Source of the DNA: Rhizaria sp. SCN 62-66
Lineage: Eukaryota
DNA: 41,704 nucleotides
Assembly (NCBI GenBank): GCA_001724265.1
Contig: MEDY01000444.1
Location: 1 to 41,704, forward strand
Direction: 5' to 3'
Shown here: one piece after another, positions 11,901 to 22,526 of the stretch
How positions within the stretch are numbered: the first letter of the stretch is position 1
How the letters are laid out: each line of letters opens with the position of its first letter
The notes under the pieces: generated by a model
What the model was told of the DNA's origin: nothing
What the model saw: the letters and a program-made list of their open reading frames with translations, nothing else
The model's database searches: none
Made by a program: the position numbers and the translations under genes

Positions 11901-14900
11901 GGCAGCGGCATCGGCCACGCTGAGGACGGCGCAGACACCATGAGCAACTACATCGCCGCAAACGTGCTTAAGCAAGGCGCGCGCGCCAGCGACAGCGCAA
12001 GTGCCGGCGAATACAAGAGCGACACGCGTGACACTCGTGACACGAGTAGCATGCGTGACAGGAGCAGCAGCCTTGGCGAGACGGTCGCAGGCGCGGCGCG
12101 CAGCGTCAGCAGCGCGGTGGGCAACGTCGGCAACGCAGTAGGCAACGCAACGGACATGGCGCGGCGCGAGCTCGAGTTGCGCTGGGACCAGGACCGCGCG
12201 ACGTGGGAGCAGTTTCAGCGCGAGCGCGAGCGCCAGCGCCTCAGCGCGCAGCGGCCTGACTTCACCGAGGACCAGACGCTCGACTTGCGGGACCGTGAGC
12301 GTCGTGATCGCGATGGCTCAGTGCGCAGTCAAGACCAGACACGGAGCCAGGGCGCGCTGCAGCTGTGGGAGCAAGGCGAACAGCAGTGGGTCGACGGCGC
12401 GCCCGTGCCTTTCACACGGCCGCCACCCAGCAGCAGCAGCAGCGCTGCGCAGAGCTCGCACCGCGACTCGGGAGATCCCAGTCTGAGCCACCGCCACCCG
12501 CACGGGCTGTTGGAGCGCATCAGCGACACGGTGAGTGGCGCCGCGGGCGCCATCAAGGATACCGCCGCCGGCGCCGCGGCCGTGTTGCTCGGCACCGAGC
12601 CCGTCGCAAGCAAGGTCGACGCCCACTCCAAGGCCGGCGAGTCCAAGGCTGGCGAGGTTGTAGGCGACGCGGCGCGCGCGGTCAAGAGCGCGGCCAAGGA
12701 CGCCGCGGGCGCCGTCAAGGATACCGTCAAGGACGCAGTCAGCGGCAGCCCGCTCGCCGAGGTCGCGGACGATGTCAAGAGCGCCGCCAAGTCGGTTGCG
12801 CGCGACGCCAAGAGCGCTGTATCCGACGCCGTCGGCGGTGCGGCGCAGACCGTAAAGCACGCAGCTCAGGACGCCGCGGGCGCAGTCAAGAGCGCGGTCA
12901 CCGACGCCGCCGATAGTGGCGGAGAGTCTCTGAGTGAGATGGCCAGCGATGCGATCGACAGCGCCAAAGCCACTGCCAAGAGCTTTGGAAAGAGCGTCGG
13001 CAAGGCTATCGGCCTCGGCGGCGGCAGCAACACGGCGGCGGACGCAGTGGGCTCTGCCGTTGACGCCGCTAATGGCGCCGCTAAGGGCGTTGCTAGGGAC
13101 GCGTCGCGCGCGGTTAAGGGCGCCGCCGCGGCCGTAACAGACGCAGTGGGCAACGCAGTGAGCGATAATGAGGACGCGCTGGCCGATGCGCGTGATGCCG
13201 TGTCCGACGTGGCGGCCGCGGTGACCGACGCTGCGGGCACGGCAACGCGCTCGCTCTCTGCCGCGGCACGCGGGGCCGCCGAGGCGCTAGCGCCCGCGCA
13301 TAAGGACGAGGGCTACTTGGCGGGGCTCTGGCGTAGCGCGCGCGAGAAGACCGAGGACGCGGTGGCCGACGTAGCCGCGGGCTCCGCCGGCCGCCGCGCC
13401 GCGCGCGAGCTGCAGGAGCAGGCGCGCGACGTGGCTACAGCGCTTAAGACCGCTGTCGGCGAGGCCGCGCAGTCGCCCGAGGGTCAGGCGGCGGCGCGCG
13501 AGGTGGCTGCAGCCGCCAAGGAGGTTGCGGGGGCTGTGCGCGAAGCCGCGTCGGCGTTCTCGCAGTCTGCGGGCGCCGCCGCGGGGGCTGCCGCGCCCGC
13601 GCTGGCCGCCGCGGCCGGGGAGGTTGCCCGCGGCGTCACCGCCATGACTGCGGCCGCAAAGGACGCCGCTAAGGACGTCGCCGCGGATGCCGCGCGCGAG
13701 GGTGCGGGCGCGGTTGCCGCTGCGGCTCGCGAGGGCGCGGCGGCGGTCAAGGAGGGCGCGGCGGCCGTGGGGGCTGGGGTGGCGCGCGCGGCCGACCGGG
13801 CGACCGCAGCCGCGGGCGACGCGGCGCGTGCGGTGCCCAGTGACGCGCGTATTAGGGACAGCGTGGAGGAGGCCAAGCGCAGCATCGGGCACCGCGTGCG
13901 TGAGTGGCTCTCGTTCAAGCGGCCCAAGGACGCCGGCGACAAAGGCAGGGACAGCGTCATCATGCGCGACAAGGGCACCGCCGTGACGGGCGCGATCGCA
14001 GACGCCGGCGCCGCCGCCAAGGAGGCTCTGGCCGACGCGGGCAAGAGCGTCAAGAGCGTGGCCCGCGACGTAGCAGACACTGTCACCCGTAGCGGCGGCG
14101 GCGGCGACGGCAGTCGCGCCGGTGAGAGGATTTCCGAGTCCGTCAAGGACACAGTCAAGGACGCCGCCGGCGCCGCTAAGGAGGCTGCCAAGGACGTCGC
14201 GGGCGCCGCCAAGGACGCCGTCAAAGACACGGCCCGCGGGCTTGCGCGCGACGCCAAGGGCGCCATGGCCGACGCCAAAGCCGCTGTGGCAGACTCAGCC
14301 GCCGCGGTGGCCGACCGGGCCAAGGGCGCCGTGGTCAGCGCGGCTGATACAGTTGCGAGGGACGTTAAGCAGGCCGCCGGCGCAGTCGCGGGCGAGGCCA
14401 AGGGCGCGGTGCAGAGCGCGGCGCGCTCGGTGGCCGACAGCATCGACACGCACAGCCACTTCCACAACCAGCTGCCGCAGCATCAACACGGCCAGCAGCC
14501 GCCGCAGCAGCAGCAGCGCCGCATCAGCGGCAACATGGGCGTGCGCGAGGACTACAGCGATGAGAAGGCGTACCTCGACGAGTACCGACACAACTTCCGG
14601 GGCGACTCCTACTTCCCACCCGAGGGCCCCGGCGCCGCGCCCGCGGGGGCACACAAGGTTGGGCTCTGGGAGCGTGTGCGACACCCCTTCGTCGGGGGCG
14701 GACACGCCGCCAAGCCCGCGCACGATACCAGCGCCACTGCAGCGGCGGCGGCAGCGGGCGCGGCGGCCGCGGCTGCCTCGTACAACGCCGACACGGCCAC
14801 TATGCGCGCGCAACAGCAACAGCAACAGTTACAGCAACAGCAGCAGCGGTTCGGCAGCGGTCACTACGGCTTCAACGCGTCTGACCAGGCGGCCGAGCGC

Positions 14901-15575
14901 GCCGAGTCCGCGTTGGCGACCGGCGCGGCCCCGCTGCCCGCGACGGCCTCAGCGGCGCTGGCCCGCGAGGCGCGGCTGGAGGACCTGGTTTCCGCCACGG
15001 CGGCCGGCTTCGACTTCGAGCCCGGAGACGCGGTGCCCGCGGGTGCGGCGGCGCGCGGCCAGGACCCGGGCTTCGCGGCCAGCAAGGCGGGACGCCACGG
15101 CATGCAGGAGGCGCTGGCCCGGGACGCGCCCGCGGCGGCGCCGCATGTGGCATTCCGGCTGGACGAAAGCGCGCCGCTCGAGGGCGTGCAGGCGCTGCGG
15201 CCGGAGCCCGTGGCCGTGCTGCGCGTGCGCGCGCCCAAGGCGAGCCAGGCCTCGCTGGGGCTGGCGCTGCTGACGTTGCCGGGCGCCGTGCGCGCGCGCC
15301 TCGCCTCGCCAGCCCCCGCCTCGCCTCATAGTAGTGGCGGGGACGGCAGCACAAGCTCCGAGGGCAGCGCACGCAGGGCCTGGCTCGAGGCGCGTCGCGG
15401 CGGCGCTGGTGGGGTCACCGACGGGGAGTCCGACAGCGACCCTCAGCTCAGCGACTGCGTCCACGATTATCAGGCGCAACAGCAGCAGGGGCAGCAGAAC
15501 AAGTGGAGCGATGACGATGACTATGACAACGGGGGCTCGCTGTCTGTGCGCTCAGCGGGACGCTTCGAGTGGTGA
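8916..15575 (+). CDS. Giant (~2180 aa) hydrophilic protein with polyQ tracts and an extended LEA group-3-like 11-mer amphipathic repeat region. Exons 8916-8948 and 9066-15575
   Basis: First exon MSTVPPSSGPR|gtatgt splices in phase 0 to ctcag|atc (9065/9066) of the 2184-aa ORF. Repeats include VKDAAGAAKEA AKDVAGAAKDA VKDTARGLARD AKGAMADAKAA. Stop is TGA. Confidence 0.75.
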
Positions 15576-16127
15576 GGAGAAGTTAGGCCGCCACGTGCAC
15601 CCACGTGTACCGCGTAATGTAACGAGACGAGATCAGAAAAGTATGATGTTTAAAGTAAAAAGATTGATATATGATGACAACAAATGAGATTTAGATTTTG
15701 CACAGCTAAATGACGCTCCACTTATGCTGATACGAATGATTCAAACGTGCGCTTAGGTTTTGTGGTCACATAAGTAAAGTAACAATGACTGCAGCAACAA
15801 AGGCAAACGACGCAGAGCAATGGCAAGACAAGCTTGCTTGATTTTTATCAAGCATTGAAAAAGCAATACACACATTTGATTAATCCAAACGAGGTCATTC
15901 CAAAAAAACCGTTTTGTATTGTTTTGCATAGCGGCTACCTCACTCGCACCATTTAAAGTCAGGCCGGGCTTCGGCCTGACTCCATGGCCCTGTTTACGTG
16001 CATGTCAAGACGTCTTCAGTACCTCAGCACAGATCCCATATCACGGTCACCGCATGCACACGACACATCACTCCACGTGTCCTCATGTGTACCCCACGTG
16101 TACTACACGCGATCTCCACGTGTTCCG

Positions 16128-16791
16128 TCACATGAGCACTCGGTCCTTGTGCGAGTCCTTGTTGGCGGCGTACGGCCCCCCGAACGCGCTGTGCGTCGAC
16201 GTCACAAAGGTGTCGTGCGCGGGCGCGCCGATGACCGGCAGCGATGTGTTTGTGCTTACGAAGACGGTGCGGCCGGCGGGAGTGACTGTGAGCGCGCCGC
16301 CCGAGGAGTAGAGCCCCGAGCCGACGAAGCGCTCGCGCGCGCCCGCCTCGTCGCGCGGGGCCGCGTTGTGCGCCGCGATGTTGCCCGCGTTGACAAACGC
16401 GTAGCTCTTCTCGACCTTGCGCTGCCCTGCGAGTGCCGAGAGGTGGGCTTCGCGCGTGTAGTGCGCCTTGCTCGTGGTGGTCCACTGCGCGGGGGTGGGA
16501 GCGCCCTCCATCGCCAGCGGGCACGAGGACGAGCGCGCGGAGATGAAAGTCGCGGAGTCGCGCGTGGGGTCCAAGCGGCCATCGTACCAGTTGCCTGCGC
16601 GAGGGCGTGAGGGAGGAAAGCAAGAGCAGAGACGCGTCGAGAGTCAGGCGGACAGGCAGTGAGTTTACAGTCAGCGAAGGGCGATCGGTATGCTGAGGCA
16701 GGGGAGATCAAGGAAAACAATGAAGGAGATGGGTGGGCAAGGCGAAAAACGTACCAAGGAGGGTCTTGGAAGTGTAGGTGTTCTGATGCAT
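16128..16791 (-). CDS. 167-aa NWE-motif ciliary microtubule inner protein (CFAP107/CFAP68/CFAP95-like). Exons 16755-16791 and 16128-16594
   Basis: Splicing g|gtacgt...cgcag|gc gives MHQNTYTSKTLLGNWYDGR, matching the Y-S-x-K-x-L-I-G-N-W-x-E-x-R N-terminus of this family. It also has TTSKAHY and STHSAF short repeats. Stop is TGA. Confidence 0.65.
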
Positions 16792-17229
16792 CGTCGCGCG
16801 GGGCTCAGAAGCCTAGGGGAGCGACCAGGGAGCAAAGTGAAGAGAAGAGTCGTTACTGGGTGAGTGTGGCACTTACGAAGTGGTGTTTAGAGACTGATAG
16901 TGTCAATGAAAGAAAATATAATTAGGCACAAATAATCAAAACACATTGTCAATTCCACGCTAAGCGGACACTTATGTTGACGGTCATGATGCAGAGATAT
17001 GCTTACGTTTCACTCCTGGTTGAGTCGAAACGATTGCCCTCCCTACTCCACGACTTGCACTGGTTCCTCCTTTAAGCACAAGCATTTCACATCTACAAGG
17101 CATGAGAGCAACTTATATCAGCGAAACCAAGATACAAGACACTCAATTAACCACTGAACTCTTTTGATTTTACTTATAAGCTTTTTTGGGACTCGCCACA
17201 CGCACATTTTGCACCTCGCCCTGTCTGTG

Positions 17230-17688
17230 ATGTCGAGCCCCCGCCAGCGCTCACCACCTCTCGCTGCCGCAGCGCCCTCCCACAGTCGCGCGCGCCGCCG
17301 CGGCGCCCAGGGCGGGTTGTATCTCTCCACGGTTTCCATGTGCGTCCCGCGCTCGGTCCCAGACCCCGCCCGCGCGGCCGCCGCGGCCGCCTGCGCCGAG
17401 CGGTACCTGTTCAGCACGAAGCTGGCGCTGCTGGCCGAGTGGGAGTTGCGGCGGCGCGCGGCCGACGGGACGCTCACGCCGCCGCGCGGCCGCTCCGAGC
17501 GCCTCCCGTTGTCGCTCAGCGCGCGCGCGGGCGGCGCGGGCGCGCCGTCGCGGCTGCCGCCGCCGCCGCCGCCGCCGCAGACGCGCTCGCAGCTGAGTGG
17601 GTACGACTACGGGCAGGCCGCGGCCGTGCGCGGGGGCGCCGAGGCCGCGCTGCAGGCCGCGCTGGGCGCCGGCACGCTTGGGCGCTGA
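17230..17688 (+). CDS. Hypothetical 152-aa protein
   Basis: GC-rich ATG-TGA ORF (...FSTKLALLAEWELRRR...QTRSQLSGYDYG...), head-to-head with the NWE gene. No family recognised. Confidence 0.5.
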   Translation: MSSPRQRSPPLAAAAPSHSRARRRGAQGGLYLSTVSMCVPRSVPDPARAAAAAACAERYLFSTKLALLAEWELRRRAADGTLTPPRGRSERLPLSLSARAGGAGAPSRLPPPPPPPQTRSQLSGYDYGQAAAVRGGAEAALQAALGAGTLGR

Positions 17689-17854
17689 CGTCGGGGAGCG
17701 ACGGGGCAGTGTGTGGGGGCCGTGCGACGCAGTGTACACCACTGGAGGCCCGACTAAGACCGGACGGTCTGGCCTTGACCACAGAGGGATTTTGCGAGGT
17801 ATGCGCTGCACAATGATGCGACTGATAAATAGAACTCAGATATATTATTTATTT

Positions 17855-17990
17855 CAGAAAAATACACATTGTCTGCAACTGGCGCAATATATGCCGCATT
17901 ATACTTGTAAATATGGGCTCTGATGCCTCCATTGCGAGGCACGGACCGAAAAATTTATGGCTCACTTTTTGGTCGCGCTTGCTATTTGTT
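17855..17990 (+). repeat. Left inverted repeat (~135 bp)
   Basis: Blocks cagaaaaatacacattgt / tctgcaactggcgcaatatatgc / tacttgtaaatatgggctctgatgcctc / tgcgaggcacggac / ggctcactttttggtcgcg recur in reverse-complement form, with few mismatches and in mirror order, at 22527-22753. Confidence 0.85.
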
Positions 17991-18370
17991 TATTTGCTCA
18001 GTCCAAGCTTGCGCGCACCTGCCGAAAGGTGATCGTCCAGCTCAAGCTGCTGTGGGGCCTGATAGCACAACTCAGAAGAAAGAAACCATTCAGTACGAAT
18101 AAACTGTTTAATTAAAGTGTTTTCATGCGACAATAGCATATCTAACGAATGTTTGATCGAGTTTTCAAGAAAAATAATGACGTGTTCAGTGCGTGCCGAA
18201 TTATTTTTCAAGTTGACTGGGAGGGGACGAGTTCGTGGACGGGACTCTATTAGATTTCTTTAAGTGCGCCATAACTTAATGCAACGTCAGTACAGCGAAC
18301 GCCTCTTTCAAGAGACCGCCCTCTCACATTGATGTGTATGTTTTTCTACGTATGTAATAGTCCTTTCGTC

Positions 18371-19991
18371 ATGGCAAAGACAACGCTCTGGCCGTGCGCG
18401 CCCGCTCGCCTCATCGACGCAAGCAACAGCGCTGCATGCAGCTCTGCTTCGGGCCCTCGTGCCCGCCCCTCCCCGGCGTCGAGCTTGGCAAAGCCCGCGG
18501 TCGCCAAGCCTGCGGCGGCGGCGGTTGCCACTACTGCCACCATCGCTGCAAAGGCACAGTACAAGACCAAAAGCACTAAGTCCGCTGCGGCCTTTGCTAT
18601 CGCCGCATCTGTCACCGGGTGGATCCTGGTTACAGGAAGCTCCAAGAAGAGCCAAGCTCAAGTGAAGAAGCGTTGCCTCGACGCTGTTGAGGCTGACGCG
18701 GTCGCTAAGGCGACCGCTGAGAGCAACGCGGAGGCCGCGAAGGTCAAGTACCGCGAGGTGCTGCGCGCAGCCGAGCTGGAGAAAGCTACTCGTCAACAGC
18801 TGCACCTTGCTGCCGAGAGGAAATTCGCGGCCGCCCGTGCCAAGAAGCGCGAGAAGATGGTACGAACTAGACACGTTCTCAATGACATGGAATCCATCGT
18901 GAACAGTTGAACATCGTTTACCGTATTGTGTCTAAATTTAGAATAACATGTACGACTTTTGTTTGAAAGAGGACACCATTGAAGCATTGTCCATATGCCG
19001 TTTAACTCATTTCTGTTTTTGTCGTTTGTTCTCCTCCTTTTTCGCCCGTGTCGTGTCTGCGCTTCTTTTTTTTCTCCGTCTCTTTCCACACACATTCGTT
19101 ATTTCCCTCTTTCTTTTCTACGTTCTATCTTTTACGCATTATTAGGCTCTTAAGCGTGCCATTACGCGCAGCCTCGCAGATGGCAACGTGAAGGCATCTG
19201 TGCCCTTTACCAGCGTTGCCCCTGGCAAGGCTGCTGCCACCACCCTCGTTGGCTCCGTCGCCGTCTCTGTTGGCTCCGCCGCCGTCGCCACCACCGCCAT
19301 CGCCGTTACTGGTGCCGATTCTACGGGTGCTGCAACTGCTAATGGTTCGGTCATTGGCGCCTCCACCACTGGTGGTGGTGTGCTCTTGGCTGGCGCTTCC
19401 AAGCGCGCGATCAAAGCGCCGACACCGTTGGCCGTCAAGCTGCCGGCCAAGGCGCGAGCTGACCGGGCAGTCGAGGCGCGTCGCCGCGCTGGAATCTGGG
19501 CATTGCTGCGCACGCTTCCGCGCCCGGTGTACGGCTGGAGGCTCAAGGCGGGCCTGGAGCGCCTGGCGCGCCTGCGTGCCCAGGCAGAGAAACGCAACGC
19601 ACGTGTTCATACAATGCGCATCATGCCATGCAAGTCCGTGAGGGGGTTGTCTGCGTCGTATTCAAGCGGGCATACTTGCCCCTCTTCGACATCCACACTG
19701 ACCATGGACGCAGACGCTGTTATTACCACTGCCAGCCTTGGCGCCGGGCTGCGGCCTGTTTCACCCACTGGATCTGCTCCTAGCCGGAGCTGCGGTAAGC
19801 GCAAGTTGCCGGATCCAAATCCATCCGGTGCCGACAAAAAAAGTCGGCCTGCGCCGGTCACCCACGGGCGCGTTGGTGACAAAAACAATGACGATGAAGA
19901 CGGCGATGATGGTGGCAGTGGCGGCGACGACGGTGATGATGGAGACGAGGAGGACCACGGCAACGGTGGCGACGACGATGAGGACAATTGA
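18371..19991 (+). CDS. N-terminal part of the element gene: basic/Ala-rich coiled coil and acidic tract. Exons 18371-18859 and 19146-19991; probably continues into the downstream frame via a +1 shift at ~19989
   Basis: atg|gtacga (18860) to attag|gct (19145) joins KKREKM to ALKRAITRS in phase 0 across a pyrimidine-rich intron. The Asp/Glu tract runs up to AAT-TGA and resumes one base later. Confidence 0.55.
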
Positions 19992-22488
19992 CGAGGATGA
20001 AGACGAGGATGACGAGGATGAGGACGGGGTCGAGGACGAGTGTGTCGTAATCACCACTGTCACGGTCGCTGTCAGTCGGCCCGTCATTTCAGGTCCTGTC
20101 CGCACTGCAACTGATGATTCTGCGTCTGGTTCAGACTCGGTAATCGAGCTACTGTTCGACTCGGGGGAGGAATCCACGCCTGCCGCCGATGGACGTGTTT
20201 GCGCTCACAGCCGCACGGGGCCTGGTCAGGTCACGACCCTTGCCGCCCACCAGCCATCTGCTCACAGTCATGACCCGCAAGCCCATGCCCGCGGTCACAC
20301 AGGCGATGCTCACGGTCACAGTGAATGTGCACACGGCCACGGTCAGCATGCTCACCGTCACGACCTGCAAGCACACGCCTACAGTCACACTGCCCCCTCA
20401 TCAACTCGTAGCCACGACACAGCGTCGTTTGCAACGTCAAGCTCTCTGAGTCCCGTTGTGGCTAACGGTCGTTTTACGTCCTCGGTCTCTGCACCCGGTC
20501 CCGTCGCTCCCGTTGCCTCAGCTACGGCCCGCGGCTCGAGTGCTGTATCTATGAGCGGTCACAACGGGGACTTTACAACCAACGACAACTCTGGCGACGA
20601 GGACCGTGGTCTCGCTAGCCCGGTGAATTTTAATGCGTTATTGTCGGCTCACCTCGCGAAGGCCGCAGCCGCAGCCGCAAGACAAGTCGCGGGCACATGT
20701 GCAGGTGCACGTCAAGGCGCAGGAGCAGTCCAAGGCACCGCGGCTGGGAATGCGCAACGGGCAGGTCGCGCTGGTGGTCCCACTTTTGATTCACACGTCC
20801 GCTCCAAACAGTGGAGCACTCGTAACCAAGACCAGCCGAGTCAGCTGCGGCTCACCGCCGAGGTCAAGCGCTGGTTCAGGTGTGACGCATGTCCACACGA
20901 GTTTGAGGCGGCGGTATACAGCATCGCACGCGGGTCATGGTGCCCTTTTTGCGCAAGCAAGCGGCTCTGTGACGACGAGACCTGCCGGTTCTGCTTCGAC
21001 CGAAGTTTCGCCTCGCACGATCGCGCCAAACTGTGGAGCACTCGTAACCCGGTCCAGCCGCGGCAGGTAGCGCGCGGTGCCCGCGCTTTTTTCTGGTTCA
21101 GCTGCGACTCCTGTGGGCATGAGTTTCAGTCAAAGCTGAGCAAGGTCTCGAGTGGGTCGTGGTGCAAATACTGTGCTGGGCTTGCGCTCTGTGACGATGA
21201 CAACTGTCAGACCTGCCTCGACCGAAGTTTCGCCTCGCACGAACGCGCCCTACAGTGGAGCACTCGGAACCAGGTCCAGCCGCGGCAGTTAGCGTTGCAT
21301 TCCGGGACTAAGCACTGGTTCAAGTGCGACAAGTGTAGTCACTAGTTTGATGCGATTATATGCAATGTTGTGCGCGGGCAGTGGTGTCGGTACTGCGCTG
21401 GACTAGCGCGCTGCCCAGACGACTGTCAGACTTGCTTTGACCGAAGTTTCGCCGCGAACCCCCGCTCACGACATTGGAGCACTCGTAACCAGGTCCAGCC
21501 GTGGCAGGTAGCGCGCGGTTCGGCGATGAGGTGCTGGTTCGACTGCGATGATTGTCATCACTAGTTTGATGCGGAACTGAGGGAAGTCACGCTTGGCCAA
21601 TGGTGTCCGTTTTGCCGCGGTTACCGACTCTGCGACGCCGCCGACTGCGATTTCTGTTTCAATCGCAGTTTTGCCTGTCACCGCCGTTCGAAGCAGTGGA
21701 GCAGTCGTAACGTGGACCAGCCACGGCAGCTTTCACTCTACGCCAATATCAAACGATGGTTTCGCTGTGACAAGTGTGATCACTAGTTCGAATCGGACCT
21801 GGGCCACGTCGCAAGTGGGTCATGGTGCAAATACTGTGCTGGGCTGGAGATCTGCGGCGCTCGAGCTTGTCAACCGTGCTTTCAACGGTCGTTTGCCGGA
21901 GGACCGTACGCGTTGCACTGGTCGGCTCGTAACCCCGTCGAAGCGCACACCGTCAGGATTTCTAACTCCAGCGAGATGTATGAGTTTGTTTGCGACAACA
22001 ATCATAGGTTTAGGGCAACTCCCCATGGGATCACCTACATGCGCTCGTGGTGCCCTCAGTGCAGGCGCACAACAGCGGCCATGCTTTGCACATTCCTAAC
22101 TGAGTGTGGTTTCAAGCCCGAGTCAGAGAAGATGTTCCCCTTCTCCGGCAGGGCACGCTATGATTTTTACATCGAAGATCACAATATCGTCGTCGAGCTT
22201 GACGGCGCACAGCACCACGTTGCGGTCCCTCACTTCAACCGTGACCGCACACTCGAAGATATCCAGAGGATTGACAGCTTAAAAGAGCATGATCTCACTT
22301 CCAACGGAATCCGGTACGTGCGCATCGTACAGGAGTGTGTGCGCGCCAACATCGGCGAATGGAAGCGTACCCTGCGCGACTATATCACCGGCAGTGAGTC
22401 TGGACACACTCTGGTGTCGTCCCAATACCGCCACCTCCGTGCTCTCACCGAGAAGGTCCAATCGGATGAGGAATTTCGCCATTTTTAA
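19990..22488 (+). CDS. Zinc-ribbon (DUF4379-like) tandem-repeat protein with a C-terminal Vsr/DUF559-like PD-(D/E)xK endonuclease. In-frame TAGs at 21343, 21562 and 21784; stop TAA
   Basis: Five full and one partial ~74-aa repeats of WSxRN...WFxCDxCxH-x-F...G-x-WCxxC...CDDxxCxxCFDRSFA, followed by RYDFYIEDHNIVVELDGAQHH...D.LK...NGIRYVRI. ORFs 19738..21345, 21370..21564 and 21913..22488 are all in one frame, broken only by TAG. Confidence 0.85.
20782..22065 (+). repeat. Coding tandem repeat with a ~222-nt unit (zinc-ribbon modules)
   Basis: The middle codon of the H-x-F motif lies at 20899 (GAG), 21121 (GAG), 21343 (TAG), 21562 (TAG), 21784 (TAG) and 22006 (AGG). Spacings are 222, 222, 219, 222 and 222 nt. 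Confidence 0.9.
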
Positions 22489-22526
22489 TGCACTGAACAG
22501 GTCTAACCATTGATGGCCGCTAACGC

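Noticed and set aside
21343-21786. Pyrrolysine insertion or a specific readthrough context at the TAGs
   Set aside because: The context is eukaryotic with no pyl genes. The 3' contexts differ among the seven TAGs (TTT, TTT, TTC, TCT, ATT, GAT, CAG) and none matches UAG-CARYYA, so general reassignment is simpler.
19990-22488. Reading the TAG-interrupted genes as pseudogenes
   Set aside because: All internal stops in three unrelated genes are TAG, motifs downstream are intact, and no modelled gene ends in TAG. Random decay should also give TAA and TGA. The single +1 shift at 19989 is the only caveat.
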